A stretch of DNA of 19,189 nucleotides from contig JAYEOM010000029.1 in assembly GCA_034722955.1 (NCBI GenBank), forward strand, positions 2,275 to 21,463, read 5' to 3'. Shown here piece after piece: positions 1 to 9,922 of this stretch (within the stretch, counting starts at the first letter, position 1; every line of letters begins with the position of its first letter). Both the position numbers and the translations under genes were made by a program. Below the pieces are notes generated by a model. That model was not told where the DNA came from. It ran no database searches and worked only from the letters and a program-made list of their open reading frames with translations. Origin of the DNA: Campylobacterota bacterium (GTDB lineage: Bacteria; Campylobacterota; Campylobacteria; Campylobacterales; Sulfurovaceae).

Positions 1-318
1 TCTATCTGAGCCATTTGGCTCAACCCTCTCGATGTTGATCCTTGGTGACAGATCACGAGAAAGAAGATCTATGGAGAGTTGTTGTTCTACTTCTTGAAGT
101 GAGACTTCATTATCCTCCATGCTCTCTAATTTGCCTCTGAATAGAGGATCCCTAAAAGAGAGCTTTATGCCCAAAGACTCCAGTGCCATATAGTAGGATT
201 TGTCTGTCATCAACTCTCTCAAACTCTTTAGATCGCCTCCGTAAAGTAGATGATAGTATCTGCACACAATCTCTTCAGGCTGCATGCAGTCATTGTGAAT
301 TTTACTACTATCTCTCAT
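1..318 (-). CDS. Hypothetical protein, 3' end runs off the window (possible NTF2-like/DUF4878-type N-terminal helix)
   Basis: Not in the ORF track. Manual translation is open from ATG 318 (alternative ATG 285) to base 1: MRDSSKIHNDCMQPEEIVCRYYHLLYGGDLKSLRELMTDKSYYMALESLGIKLSFRDPLFRGKLESMEDNEVSLQEVEQQLSIDLLSRDLSPRINIERVEPNGSDR. It lies 21 bp downstream of the DUF2202 gene on the same strand. Confidence 0.7.
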   Translation of the reverse strand, partial: MRDSSKIHNDCMQPEEIVCRYYHLLYGGDLKSLRELMTDKSYYMALESLGIKLSFRDPLFRGKLESMEDNEVSLQEVEQQLSIDLLSRDLSPRINIERVEPNGSDR

Positions 319-339
319 CGCAAATCAGATAAACTGTTA

Positions 340-978
340 TTATACTCTGGCGATAGCACTCTGAAATGCTTCGAGGTGGTTGTAGCTGCCTTCTCTGAGG
401 TTCTCATATACTCTAATCACATCATCAGGCATATCAAGATCATTGATAGCATGGTCGAGATCTTTAATATCAGTAACTTCGACTAGTTCGCCTACCCTCA
501 ATGCATCCGGCAAAGACTCTTCGCCTAGTCCAATACATGTATCATATAGATCCTGTAGTACAGGCAGTACAAAGTTGCCAACCTGATCTTCATCTACAGC
601 TGATATATCAATGCCATATTTTTCACAAAGTCCTTGTGCCGCATCAATATGTCTCTGCTCAGAGAGTTGGATACTTGCAAATGTATTTTCATTTGGATAG
701 AGTTTGCCTAGTGTGATATAGACATCTCTAGCCACTTTCTCCTCCTGATAGATAAAAAAGAGTTCATCTTTTTGCTCTTGTGTAAGTGCAGCTCTTGATC
801 TGCCACCGCCTTGTCCACCGCGTCCACCACCGCTTTGTCCACCGCCACTTTGCCCGCCACCGCCTTGTCCACCTCTCGCGTATACGGAAGATGAGAGAAG
901 TGCCACACTGCTAGCACCAATTACCAGTAATTTTGATAAAAAACCTCTACGGTCACTCCGCTCTCTGCTTCTACTCAT
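340..978 (-). CDS. DUF2202-family ferritin-like protein with twin-arginine signal peptide and Gly/Gln-rich linker
   Basis: DRRGFL motif, hydrophobic stretch and VYA cleavage site. Ferritin-like DUF2202 motifs EEKVARDVY, SEQRH, ExxDIxDL and NLxxGSxNHLxAF. AAGGA RBS upstream. Confidence 0.85.
   Translation of the reverse strand: MSRSRERSDRRGFLSKLLVIGASSVALLSSSVYARGGQGGGGQSGGGQSGGGRGGQGGGRSRAALTQEQKDELFFIYQEEKVARDVYITLGKLYPNENTFASIQLSEQRHIDAAQGLCEKYGIDISAVDEDQVGNFVLPVLQDLYDTCIGLGEESLPDALRVGELVEVTDIKDLDHAINDLDMPDDVIRVYENLREGSYNHLEAFQSAIARV
802..875 (-). repeat. Low-complexity tandem repeat encoding GGQ(G/S)GG units
   Basis: Repeated ccaccgccttgtcca / ccaccgctttgtcca-like units encoding RGGQGGGGQSGGGQSGGGRGGQGGG. 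Confidence 0.8.
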
Positions 979-1012
979 GGGAAATCCTTAGTTTTGATTT
1001 TTCTACACTCTA

Positions 1013-1044
1013 AGTATAACAATGAAGTGTGAATTAAATATGAA
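1013..1044 (-). promoter_or_regulatory. Extended -10 promoter (TGtTATACT) with upstream 11-bp-period direct repeat
   Basis: Minus strand TATACT at 1018-1013 preceded by TGt. TTCATA-N5-TTCACA at 1044-1028. Confidence 0.5.
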
Positions 1045-1070
1045 GAGAGGAGTTCTGCTACTAAAGAGTC

Positions 1071-2639
1071 CTACTTTCGTCTTCGATAACTCAATGCCTC
1101 CAGGGTATCCTTCTTGCTGATCTCGATATTGCCATTTAAGTCAGCGATCGTTCGGGCTATCTTTTTGATACTAGCGATACTCCTGTGAGAGAGTCCGAAC
1201 CTCTGGATCCCACTCTCTAGGATCTTCTTGGCTTCACTACCAAGGATGCAGTATCTCTCTATATCCTCTTCTGTGAGCTTTCCGTTGAGTTGTGTTTGAC
1301 CTCTCTGCTTCTGTTTTTTGAATGCTCTTATCACTGCTTTGTGCATGGATTGGGAGGTTATATCTCCTTTGTCACTGCTACTTACCTCCTGCATCACGAC
1401 AAAAAGATCGATACGATCTAGAAAAGGATCACTCAATCTATTTTGATACCGTTTGATCTCCATCTCACTGCATCTACATGCTTTTTGCTTGGAGAGGAGA
1501 TTGCCACATGGGCAGGGGTTCATAGCTGCTACGAACATGATATCTGCTTCATACTCTATCTTCGCATTGACCCGTGCGATATGTACTCTCCCATCCTGAA
1601 GAGGTTCACGCAGTGCCTCTAGTATATTTTTGGGAAAGTGTGGCAGCTCATCAAAAAAGAGTATCCCCTTGTGAGCCAATGACACTTCACCTATCCTCGC
1701 TTTTTGAGACCCTCCCCCAAAGATAGAGGCAGAGGTAGCGGTATGGTGAGGTGAACGGATAGGACGATGTGCAGAGAAGTCCGGTACTGTACCATCGAGA
1801 AACTGATGTTTGGCGATACTCAATATCTCCTCTTCGTAAACAGGAGGCAGTATATCTTTGATCCGTTTGGCAATCATACTTTTTCCGCATCCGGGATTGC
1901 CCTCCATCAAAAAATTGTGCATTCCTGCAGCTGCGATGAGTGAAGCTCGTTTGGCTATACTCTGCCCTTTGACATCTGCAAAGTTCTCTCTGTAGTGCTT
2001 TTCATAAAAGTAGGAACGGCTATCGATTGTAAAATGTTCTGCCTCATAAGAGAATGATGCTGTGTGACTCTCAAATGCTCCGCTCTCCACTAGAGCGATG
2101 GTCTCAGATAGAGTCTCTACAGCGATAAATTCAATACCTGATATATGGCTCAGATATGTTATAGCCTCTTTGGGTACGATCGCTCTCTTGATGACCCCTT
2201 GCTCTTTGAGTGAGAGGATGAGAGGGAAGAGCATCGAACTGCTCTTGATCTTGCCATCTAAGCCCAGCTCTCCAAATACAAAGAGACCATCCTCATCGAT
2301 AGTGGTTCTGTGCATAGCTATAAGAAGTGCGATAGGAAGATCAAAATGAGTGCCATTTTTCTTGATGTCACTGGGGCTGAGGTTGATTGTGATTTTTAGT
2401 GGAGGAAAGACAAAGTCATTGGTCAAAAGTGCCGATTTGACTCGTTCTTTTGCCTCCTGGATATCACTGCTTGCCAATCCTACCACAGCAAAACCGGGAA
2501 GTCCCTTGGTAAAGGTCGCTTCTACTTCGATCTCTTTTGCCTCTACACCCTCAAGTGTTGCACAGAGTATATGGTTGACGATCGTCTCTTTTTTATCCTG
2601 TTGGGGTGGAGTAATACCACTATGGGTTGAACTATTCAT
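1071..2639 (-). CDS. comM: YifB/ComM family Mg-chelatase-like AAA+ ATPase
   Basis: GLPGFAVVGL, INLSPSDIKKNGTHFDLPIA, Walker A GNPGCGKS, RSPHH, LFFDE, MNPCPCG Zn motif, DRIDL. Synteny downstream of def matches Campylobacter/Helicobacter. Confidence 0.93.
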   Translation of the reverse strand: MNSSTHSGITPPQQDKKETIVNHILCATLEGVEAKEIEVEATFTKGLPGFAVVGLASSDIQEAKERVKSALLTNDFVFPPLKITINLSPSDIKKNGTHFDLPIALLIAMHRTTIDEDGLFVFGELGLDGKIKSSSMLFPLILSLKEQGVIKRAIVPKEAITYLSHISGIEFIAVETLSETIALVESGAFESHTASFSYEAEHFTIDSRSYFYEKHYRENFADVKGQSIAKRASLIAAAGMHNFLMEGNPGCGKSMIAKRIKDILPPVYEEEILSIAKHQFLDGTVPDFSAHRPIRSPHHTATSASIFGGGSQKARIGEVSLAHKGILFFDELPHFPKNILEALREPLQDGRVHIARVNAKIEYEADIMFVAAMNPCPCGNLLSKQKACRCSEMEIKRYQNRLSDPFLDRIDLFVVMQEVSSSDKGDITSQSMHKAVIRAFKKQKQRGQTQLNGKLTEEDIERYCILGSEAKKILESGIQRFGLSHRSIASIKKIARTIADLNGNIEISKKDTLEALSYRRRK

Positions 2640-2690
2640 AGTGTGATTATGACATGGTATTGTTAAGAGTGTAGGAAATATTTCAATCTG

Positions 2691-2819
2691 AGGAGTTGTA
2701 CAAAAACAGATATACCCAAATGACGCAGGATTTTTGTTTCTAGTTGGATTGTCTCAAGGCTACCCCAAGAGGAGCAAAAGGAGAAGTCAGATGGGTATAT
2801 CTGTTTTTGGGAGACTCCT
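2691..2819. mobile_element. About 130-bp MITE/REP-like inverted-repeat element
   Basis: Arms 2691-2724 and 2786-2819 are 34-bp imperfect inverted repeats with an 18-bp perfect core (caaaaacagatataccca 2701-2718 / 2792-2809). Internal aaggctaccccaag (2756-2769) is identical to the end of the 10721-11012 element plus its flank. Confidence 0.65.
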
Positions 2820-2825
2820 AAAATG

Positions 2826-3344
2826 CTATTTTCCTCTCTTTTTCCACTCTTTTTCAAATCTTTTTCGTTTGGTATAAGATAATTTTTCAATGAAAACTTT
2901 ACCATTGAGGTGGTCCATCTCATGTTGGATAGCTATAGCTAGAAATTTGTCATCCTCTGTGGTGCAGCTGTTGCCATGTCTATCGAAATAGTCTATTTTT
3001 GCATATGAGTATCGTTCGATATCTTCATAGACACCAGGCACACTGAGGCAGCCCTCTTGATACATGGTAGAACCGCTCTCCTCTACTATGACAGGATTGA
3101 TGATCTCTAGGGTATTGCTTTTTGGTTGATCCGGTTCGCCTTCGGCTACCTCTATCGGTACATTTATGATAAGAACACGCAGTGGTACAGCGATCTGAAT
3201 CGCTGCCAATCCCACGCCATTTTTGGCAACCATCGTCTCATACATATCATCCAAGAGAGTATGAAGTGTCTCATCGAACTGCTCTACCTCTCTAGAGAGG
3301 CTCTTGAGTAGTTTGTCAGGATAGATAATAATATCACGAATCAT
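2826..3344 (-). CDS. def: Peptide deformylase
   Basis: GVGLAAIQ, EGCLSVP and QHEMDHLNG motifs. Confidence 0.97.
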   Translation of the reverse strand: MIRDIIIYPDKLLKSLSREVEQFDETLHTLLDDMYETMVAKNGVGLAAIQIAVPLRVLIINVPIEVAEGEPDQPKSNTLEIINPVIVEESGSTMYQEGCLSVPGVYEDIERYSYAKIDYFDRHGNSCTTEDDKFLAIAIQHEMDHLNGKVFIEKLSYTKRKRFEKEWKKRGK

Positions 3345-3362
3345 AGGTATTCTACTCTCTCT

Positions 3363-3950
3363 TTAGCTAAAGCTCTTGGTCAAAATCTTATCGATGAGTC
3401 CATACTCAACTGCCTCTTGTGCTGACATGAAGTTGTCTCGTTCTGTATCTTTCTCAAGACGCTTTACTGTTTTGCTAGTCTGTTCTGCCAAGACCTCGTT
3501 GAGTGTATCTTTGAGTCTCTGGATCTCTTTGGCTTGGATTTGGATATCTGTCGATTGTCCTTGGGCTCCACCTGATGGCTGGTGGATCATGATACGAGCA
3601 TTTGGTAGTGCATATCTCTTCTCCTTGGCACCGGAAGAGAGCAGAAACGCACCCATAGAGGCAGCCTGACCGATGCAGATAGTCACTATATCGGGTTTGA
3701 TATAGTTCATCGTATCATAGATAGAGAGACCACTTGTGATCACTCCCCCGGGAGAGTTGATATAGAAGTAGATCTCTTTATCTGGATCTTGTGCTTCTAG
3801 GAAAAGTAGCTGAGCGACAATACTCGATGCCACTTGGTCATTAACCTCCCCGCTCAACATAATGATCCTATCTTTGAGAAGACGCGAATAGATATCATAA
3901 GATCTCTCACCTCTGCCTGTCTGTTCTACAACATATGGAATATAGCTCAT
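3363..3950 (-). CDS. clpP: ATP-dependent Clp protease proteolytic subunit
   Basis: [31 protein letters not shown] (catalytic Ser), RIMIHQP, ERDNFM. Confidence 0.98.
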   Translation of the reverse strand: MSYIPYVVEQTGRGERSYDIYSRLLKDRIIMLSGEVNDQVASSIVAQLLFLEAQDPDKEIYFYINSPGGVITSGLSIYDTMNYIKPDIVTICIGQAASMGAFLLSSGAKEKRYALPNARIMIHQPSGGAQGQSTDIQIQAKEIQRLKDTLNEVLAEQTSKTVKRLEKDTERDNFMSAQEAVEYGLIDKILTKSFS

Positions 3951-3964
3951 AAAAAATCCTTGGT

Positions 3965-5257
3965 TTACTTATCCAAACCCAAAAGTTTAGAGAAAAGTTT
4001 ATCTTCGATCATTCCCATCTTGACTGCTGGCAGGAGATTGTTATCTTGATAGTGTTTTATGACCTCTTGAGGATCTTGACTGCTTATCATCGCCTCATAA
4101 TAGATAGTTTGAGTTACCTCCTCATCAGAGACTGTAACACCTTCTGCTCGTGCTATAGCGTCTACTATAAAGGTAGCTTTGACACTATCTTTTGCATCCT
4201 CTTTTACCTCTTCACGAAGAGTCTCTACTTTTTCCGGGTTCTCCTTGTATTGAGCGAGTTCATCACTACTCATACTTCTAGCTTTCTCATTGATCTTGGC
4301 ATCTATCTCCTGCTCTACGATCGTATTTGGCAGTGCAAAATCAAAATGTCTAACTAGAGCCTCTATCATTTTGGGTTTCAACTCTTCATTGTAAAGTTTT
4401 GAAATCTTTTCATGTCTGATCTGCTCTTCTACTTTCTCTTTGACTAGATCTACACTAGGGTTCTCTTCATTTTGCAGGAGTTTGGTTGCCAACTCATCAT
4501 CTAGCTGGGGTATCACTTTTTCCTGGATCTCTTTGAGTGTTACTTTGAACTCGGCCTCTTTGCCAGCTAAATCTTCAGATTGGTACTCTTCGGGGAAAGT
4601 CACGGTGACTAGCTTCTCCTCTCCTGAGTTCATGCCTATCATCTGATCTTCAAAACCTGGGATAAATTGTCCTGAACCGATCTTGAGATTGAAATCTTCA
4701 GCTGTGCCACCCTCAAAAGGTGTGCCATCGATACTTCCAGCGAAATCTATAACCGCCATATCATCTATCTGCACTCCTCTATCCTGCTCGATCTTCTCAA
4801 ATGGAGCTTGTGATTCGATCAAACTACTGAGTCTCTCTTCGATCTCTTCACCCTCTACAGCAGGAGTCTCAAATGATGGTGCTAACTCTGCATAACCCTC
4901 AGGTGTAAAGTCTGGTCTGAGTGAAAGCTCTACTTCAAGATCGATACCATCTTCTCCCTTGTCGAATTTCTTAAATATCGGTTGTCCCAAAATCTCTTCC
5001 GGTTTCAAATCAAGTCTGTTGCTTCCTTCGTCAAGAACTTCTCTGATCAATTCACCCTCTGAATCCTGATCGAGCTTCTCACCATACATTGCTTTGACTA
5101 CATGGACTGGCACTTTACCTTTTCTAAATCCATCAACTTTGATCTGAGTACTCGCCTCTTTTGCGAGTTTGTTGATCTTCTCTTCCAGATCACTTTTAGT
5201 GATTTTTGCTGTTACCAATATATTGGCATCATCAATTCTATCTGCTGTAACTTCCAC
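3965..5257 (-). CDS. tig: Trigger factor
   Basis: GFRKGKVP ribosome-binding motif and FKBP domain (IDFAG...FEGG...[11 protein letters not shown]...FPEEY). GTG start with AAAGGA RBS. Lies upstream of clpP. Confidence 0.97.
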   Translation of the reverse strand: MEVTADRIDDANILVTAKITKSDLEEKINKLAKEASTQIKVDGFRKGKVPVHVVKAMYGEKLDQDSEGELIREVLDEGSNRLDLKPEEILGQPIFKKFDKGEDGIDLEVELSLRPDFTPEGYAELAPSFETPAVEGEEIEERLSSLIESQAPFEKIEQDRGVQIDDMAVIDFAGSIDGTPFEGGTAEDFNLKIGSGQFIPGFEDQMIGMNSGEEKLVTVTFPEEYQSEDLAGKEAEFKVTLKEIQEKVIPQLDDELATKLLQNEENPSVDLVKEKVEEQIRHEKISKLYNEELKPKMIEALVRHFDFALPNTIVEQEIDAKINEKARSMSSDELAQYKENPEKVETLREEVKEDAKDSVKATFIVDAIARAEGVTVSDEEVTQTIYYEAMISSQDPQEVIKHYQDNNLLPAVKMGMIEDKLFSKLLGLDK

Positions 5258-5290
5258 TACAATCCTTTGTCTATTTTATATAAGTTCCGT

Positions 5291-5369
5291 GATTTTATCT
5301 AAAATTTATTAAAAAAGAGAATTTTTCTCCTAAAATTAATGGTGAAAAATATCAATTTTCTGCTACAAT
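5291..5369. promoter_or_regulatory. Divergent sigma70 -10 elements for tig and folE
   Basis: Minus strand GATAAAAT at about 5299-5292 (tig). Plus strand TGcTACAAT at 5361-5369 (folE). AT-rich spacer typical of Campylobacterota promoters. Confidence 0.55.
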
Positions 5370-5391
5370 TTTGAAAAAACAGGTTTGCAAT

Positions 5392-5970
5392 ATGAATAGA
5401 GATGAAGAGTTTGAAGTAGCGATCACTAAAGTCTTGGAGCTGCTCGGTGAAGATCCAAAGAGAGAGGGGTTGGTCAAAACTCCCAAACGAGTCGCCAAAG
5501 CACTACAGTTTTTGACAGAGGGGTATCATCAAGATCCAAAAGAGATCCTAAACCAGGCACTCTTCAGAAGTACCAATGATGAGATGGTCGTAGTGAGAGA
5601 TATAGAGTTCTATTCGATGTGTGAACACCATATGCTTCCCATCATAGGGCGGGCTCATGTCGCTTATATCCCTGATGGCAAAGTTGTCGGTCTCTCTAAG
5701 ATCCCACGCATTGTCAATCTCTTTGCCCGTCGTCTTCAGATCCAAGAGCAGATGACAGAGCAGATAGCAGATGCCATCTCAGATACGATCAAGCCAAAAG
5801 GTGTCGCAGTTGTCCTGCATGCGCGTCATATGTGTATGGAGATGAGAGGAGTAGAGAAGATCAACTCTACTACAGTGAGTTCTGCTCTACGGGGACTATT
5901 CAAAAGTGATCAGCGTACGAGAAGTGAGTTTTACAATATCATCAATACACCGGCACCTTCAAACTTTTGA
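5392..5970 (+). CDS. folE: GTP cyclohydrolase I
   Basis: [42 protein letters not shown]. Start moved from TTG 5371 to ATG 5392 because 5371 is only 1 bp from the -10 box and an AGG precedes 5392. Confidence 0.96.
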   Translation: MNRDEEFEVAITKVLELLGEDPKREGLVKTPKRVAKALQFLTEGYHQDPKEILNQALFRSTNDEMVVVRDIEFYSMCEHHMLPIIGRAHVAYIPDGKVVGLSKIPRIVNLFARRLQIQEQMTEQIADAISDTIKPKGVAVVLHARHMCMEMRGVEKINSTTVSSALRGLFKSDQRTRSEFYNIINTPAPSNF

Positions 5971-6051
5971 CCCCAAATATGCAGGTTTCTCCTTTAATTT
6001 TTTTGTATTTTATGTTTATTTAAGAAATCTTAATGTAGTATGCAGAAAATC

Positions 6052-6076
6052 AATTAAGACAATTTTAGTCTTAATT
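6052..6076. promoter_or_regulatory. Palindromic operator, Rrf2/IscR-like
   Basis: AATTAAGAC-aatttta-GTCTTAATT: perfect 9-bp arms, 25 bp in total, just downstream of a putative TAGTAT -10 (6036-6041) and upstream of nifS. Confidence 0.65.
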
Positions 6077-6109
6077 AGAAAAAAGCGGCTTTTTATGCGC
6101 TAACAATAA

Positions 6110-7327
<1,218 letters not shown>

Positions 7328-7423
7328 ATTGAGTTGCCGGTTAGGCAGTGCCAAAGAGTTGATATGCTAAGGTGTTTGGTGCGACCAAACCTACGACAAT
7401 TTATGAAATAAAAAGGATAGATT

Positions 7424-8395
7424 ATGGGAATGGATAGCTTGATAGGCGGTACCATCTGGGATGAGTATAGTCAAAAAGTAACAGATTTGATGAATAACCC
7501 ACAAAACATGGGCGAGATAACAGAGGAGCAAGCCAAAGAGATGGGTGCCAAACTCATCGTTGCTGATTTTGGTGCAGAGAGTTGTGGTGACGCAGTAAGA
7601 TTGTACTGGGCGGTGCATCCAAAGAGTGATGTGATAATGCTCTCAAAATTCAAGAGTTTTGGCTGTGGTACAGCTATAGCAAGCTCTGATACTATGGCTG
7701 AGTTGTGTAAAGGCAAAACTGTAGATGAAGCGGTCAAGATCACAAATATAGATGTAGAGATGGCTATGAGAGACAACCCCGATACTCCTGCCGTACCTCC
7801 ACAAAAGATGCACTGTAGTGTTATGGCTTATGATGTTATCAAAAAAGCAGCCGCACAATACAAAGGTGTAGACATGGAGAGCTTCGAAGAGGAGGTCATC
7901 ATCTGTGAATGTGCCCGTGTTACCCTATCTACACTCAGAGAGGTGATCCGTCTCAATGACCTCACCACAGTTGAGCAGATCACTGACTACACTAAAGCCG
8001 GTGCATTCTGTAAGTCCTGTATCAGACCTGGAGGTCATGAAGCCAAAGATATCTATCTAGTTGATCTACTAGAGGAGTATGAGAAAGAGAAGATGAGCAG
8101 ATCAGCTGATGCATCAGCTAGCGGAGCAGATATAGCCTTTCTCGATATGACACTGGTGCAGAAGCTAAAAGCTGTAGATAGAGTCATAGATGACAATATC
8201 CGTCAAATGCTCATCATGGATGGTGGAGATATGGAGATACTCGATATCAAAGAGAATGGATCCAATATCGATATATATATCCGATATCTCGGTGCTTGCA
8301 ATGGGTGTGCTAGCTCAAGTACCGGAACACTATTTGCGATCGAAAATATACTCAGAGAGAAACTAGATGTAAATATCAGGGTTCTTCCTATCTAA
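7424..8395 (+). CDS. nifU: Fe-S cluster scaffold NifU (IscU-like, BFD-like 2Fe-2S and Nfu domains)
   Basis: SCGD, FGCGTAIAS and KMHCS in the N-domain. CEC...AGAFCKSC in the middle domain. DGGD...GACNGC in the C-domain. Adjacent to nifS. Confidence 0.95.
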   Translation: MGMDSLIGGTIWDEYSQKVTDLMNNPQNMGEITEEQAKEMGAKLIVADFGAESCGDAVRLYWAVHPKSDVIMLSKFKSFGCGTAIASSDTMAELCKGKTVDEAVKITNIDVEMAMRDNPDTPAVPPQKMHCSVMAYDVIKKAAAQYKGVDMESFEEEVIICECARVTLSTLREVIRLNDLTTVEQITDYTKAGAFCKSCIRPGGHEAKDIYLVDLLEEYEKEKMSRSADASASGADIAFLDMTLVQKLKAVDRVIDDNIRQMLIMDGGDMEILDIKENGSNIDIYIRYLGACNGCASSSTGTLFAIENILREKLDVNIRVLPI

Positions 8396-8417
8396 AATCA
8401 ATCCGCCCCTAGGAGCA

Positions 8418-8442
8418 CCCTAAAGGCACTTTAGGGCTTTTT
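8418..8442 (+). terminator. Probable intrinsic terminator after nifU, overlapping the convergent gene's stop
   Basis: CCCTAAAG-gca-CTTTAGGG stem-loop followed by CTTTTT. Confidence 0.55.
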
Positions 8443-8988
8443 CAGAATACCCTCTATCTCACCTTCGTTCATAGCTCCTAGCTGAATATGTTTGACCGCC
8501 CCTTTTTTGTCTGTAATGATCAGGAGAGGAACAGAGCCTTGCCACTGGATGCGTTGAGATATGTAGTTGGCAAATGGAAGGGCTTGTTGGGTATCGATCA
8601 TATGTAACCCCTTGAGATTGAGCTCGTTTTGAAACTCTTTGAGTCTGTCGGGGGTAAGTCCCTTGAGCTCGAAAGTTACAAACTCAAGATCTGAATGTTT
8701 CGTTTTGATTTTTGAAAAGAGCTTTAACTCATCACGGCACGGTTTGCCTGAGTAGATGTAGAACATCGTAATGGTATTTTTATCTTTAAGTGTAGGGAAT
8801 TTGAGTCCATCTGCTGTCTCAATGATCTTGATCTTCTCTCCCCCGATCGTTGAAAACTCAAAAGATGGTACTTTGGCAGGTTGCAGCTGAGGTGCTTGAG
8901 TGGGAGCGGTATTGGAGGGTTCATTTGCACTCAAAGGCAAAAGCCCAACTGTAGCAGCAGCCAAAATATAGAGTAGAGTGTATCTCAT
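8431..8988 (-). CDS. Exported thioredoxin-fold (TlpA/ResA-like) protein with degenerate CxxC
   Basis: Signal peptide (…LLPLSA), PSFEFSTIGGEKIKI, F-x-x-x-x-GKPCRDEL at the CxxC position, cis-Pro motif GSVP, DKKG…LGAM. Confidence 0.7.
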   Translation of the reverse strand: MRYTLLYILAAATVGLLPLSANEPSNTAPTQAPQLQPAKVPSFEFSTIGGEKIKIIETADGLKFPTLKDKNTITMFYIYSGKPCRDELKLFSKIKTKHSDLEFVTFELKGLTPDRLKEFQNELNLKGLHMIDTQQALPFANYISQRIQWQGSVPLLIITDKKGAVKHIQLGAMNEGEIEGILKKP

Positions 8989-9027
8989 AAAAATCCTTAG
9001 TTGAAATAATTGAACCCAAATTATAGC

Positions 9028-9843
9028 CTAATCTTGTAACATTTTATCTGCACTTAGGCTCGCAACCATAGAGAGGATCACATAAGCTAAGAAAAAGTAG
9101 AGTCCCATCTGCACCTCTGCACGACTCATCTCTCCCCTGCTTCCCGAGAGATAGACGAGAAAGGTCGCCACGACAAAGACATCTGCCATAGACCACTTCC
9201 CCAAAAGTTTAAAGAAGTGTACCATAGAGTGAGCTACTCTGATATTGATAAAGAGTGCGACAAAAAGCATAGAGAGTGTTTTGAGAAGTGGCAAGATGAT
9301 AGAGAAGAGGAGCAGTGCACCCCCGACGATATAATTATCCCCCTCAAAGAGTTTGCCAATTGATCCTAAAACACTTTTGGACTCCATCGTCAGTACTACA
9401 TCACCAAGATACTCTATCTCTTTATGGATACTCATCATCATAATGGGTATCAAAAGACCACCTGCCAAAGTGATCAATGCAGCCAGACTTACCGCTACAG
9501 TAAATAGCTGCAGTCTCATCACAAAATAGAGCAGTAGCAGAGATGTCCCTGCCACCATCACATAGAGAGTATAGTCTATAGCTCTTTTTTTGAAAAACCC
9601 TTGTGTCTCTAACAGCTTTTTTTCTTCTCTAAGCAGCTCATCATAACCATCATAAAGTCCCAGCGAGAGGATATCTCCTAGTTTTTTGAGTTGATTGGTG
9701 CCAAGCTCTGCTGCACTATGTCTATCTACAATAATACGCGACATCTCTTCATATGATTTGGCATTTTGATAAGCTTTTACTGAGAAAAACCCCATTGTTA
9801 CCAATATCATAGCTGCAATAGTGGTTGTGATGATCTGTTTCAT
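9028..9843 (-). CDS. Paraquat-inducible protein A (PqiA)-like membrane protein
   Basis: C-terminal FSIILPLLK…GKWSMADVFVVA…GLYFFLAY PqiA motifs. Start set at ATG 9843 (MKQIITT…) because the longer ORF overlaps suhB. Confidence 0.8.
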   Translation of the reverse strand: MKQIITTTIAAMILVTMGFFSVKAYQNAKSYEEMSRIIVDRHSAAELGTNQLKKLGDILSLGLYDGYDELLREEKKLLETQGFFKKRAIDYTLYVMVAGTSLLLLYFVMRLQLFTVAVSLAALITLAGGLLIPIMMMSIHKEIEYLGDVVLTMESKSVLGSIGKLFEGDNYIVGGALLLFSIILPLLKTLSMLFVALFINIRVAHSMVHFFKLLGKWSMADVFVVATFLVYLSGSRGEMSRAEVQMGLYFFLAYVILSMVASLSADKMLQD

Positions 9844-9922
9844 AGCGGTATTATAGCGTATTTGCTTCCCTCGAACAGTATAGGGCACCTCTAATAAAGT
9901 GCACCTTGGATATACTGTCGCT

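Noticed and set aside
250..920. Short ORFs 250-486(+), 501-716(+) and 708-920(-)
   Set aside because: Antisense or alternate-frame shadows of the DUF2202 gene. The repeat in 708-920 is just the Gly-linker DNA read in another frame.
2663..2923. 86-aa minus-strand ORF
   Set aside because: Overlaps def out of frame and runs through the inverted-repeat element, with no RBS or recognisable motif.
9881..9908. TAGGGCACCTCTAATAAA segment as a mobile-element end
   Set aside because: It resembles an IS/MITE terminus but has no second copy or partner end in the window.
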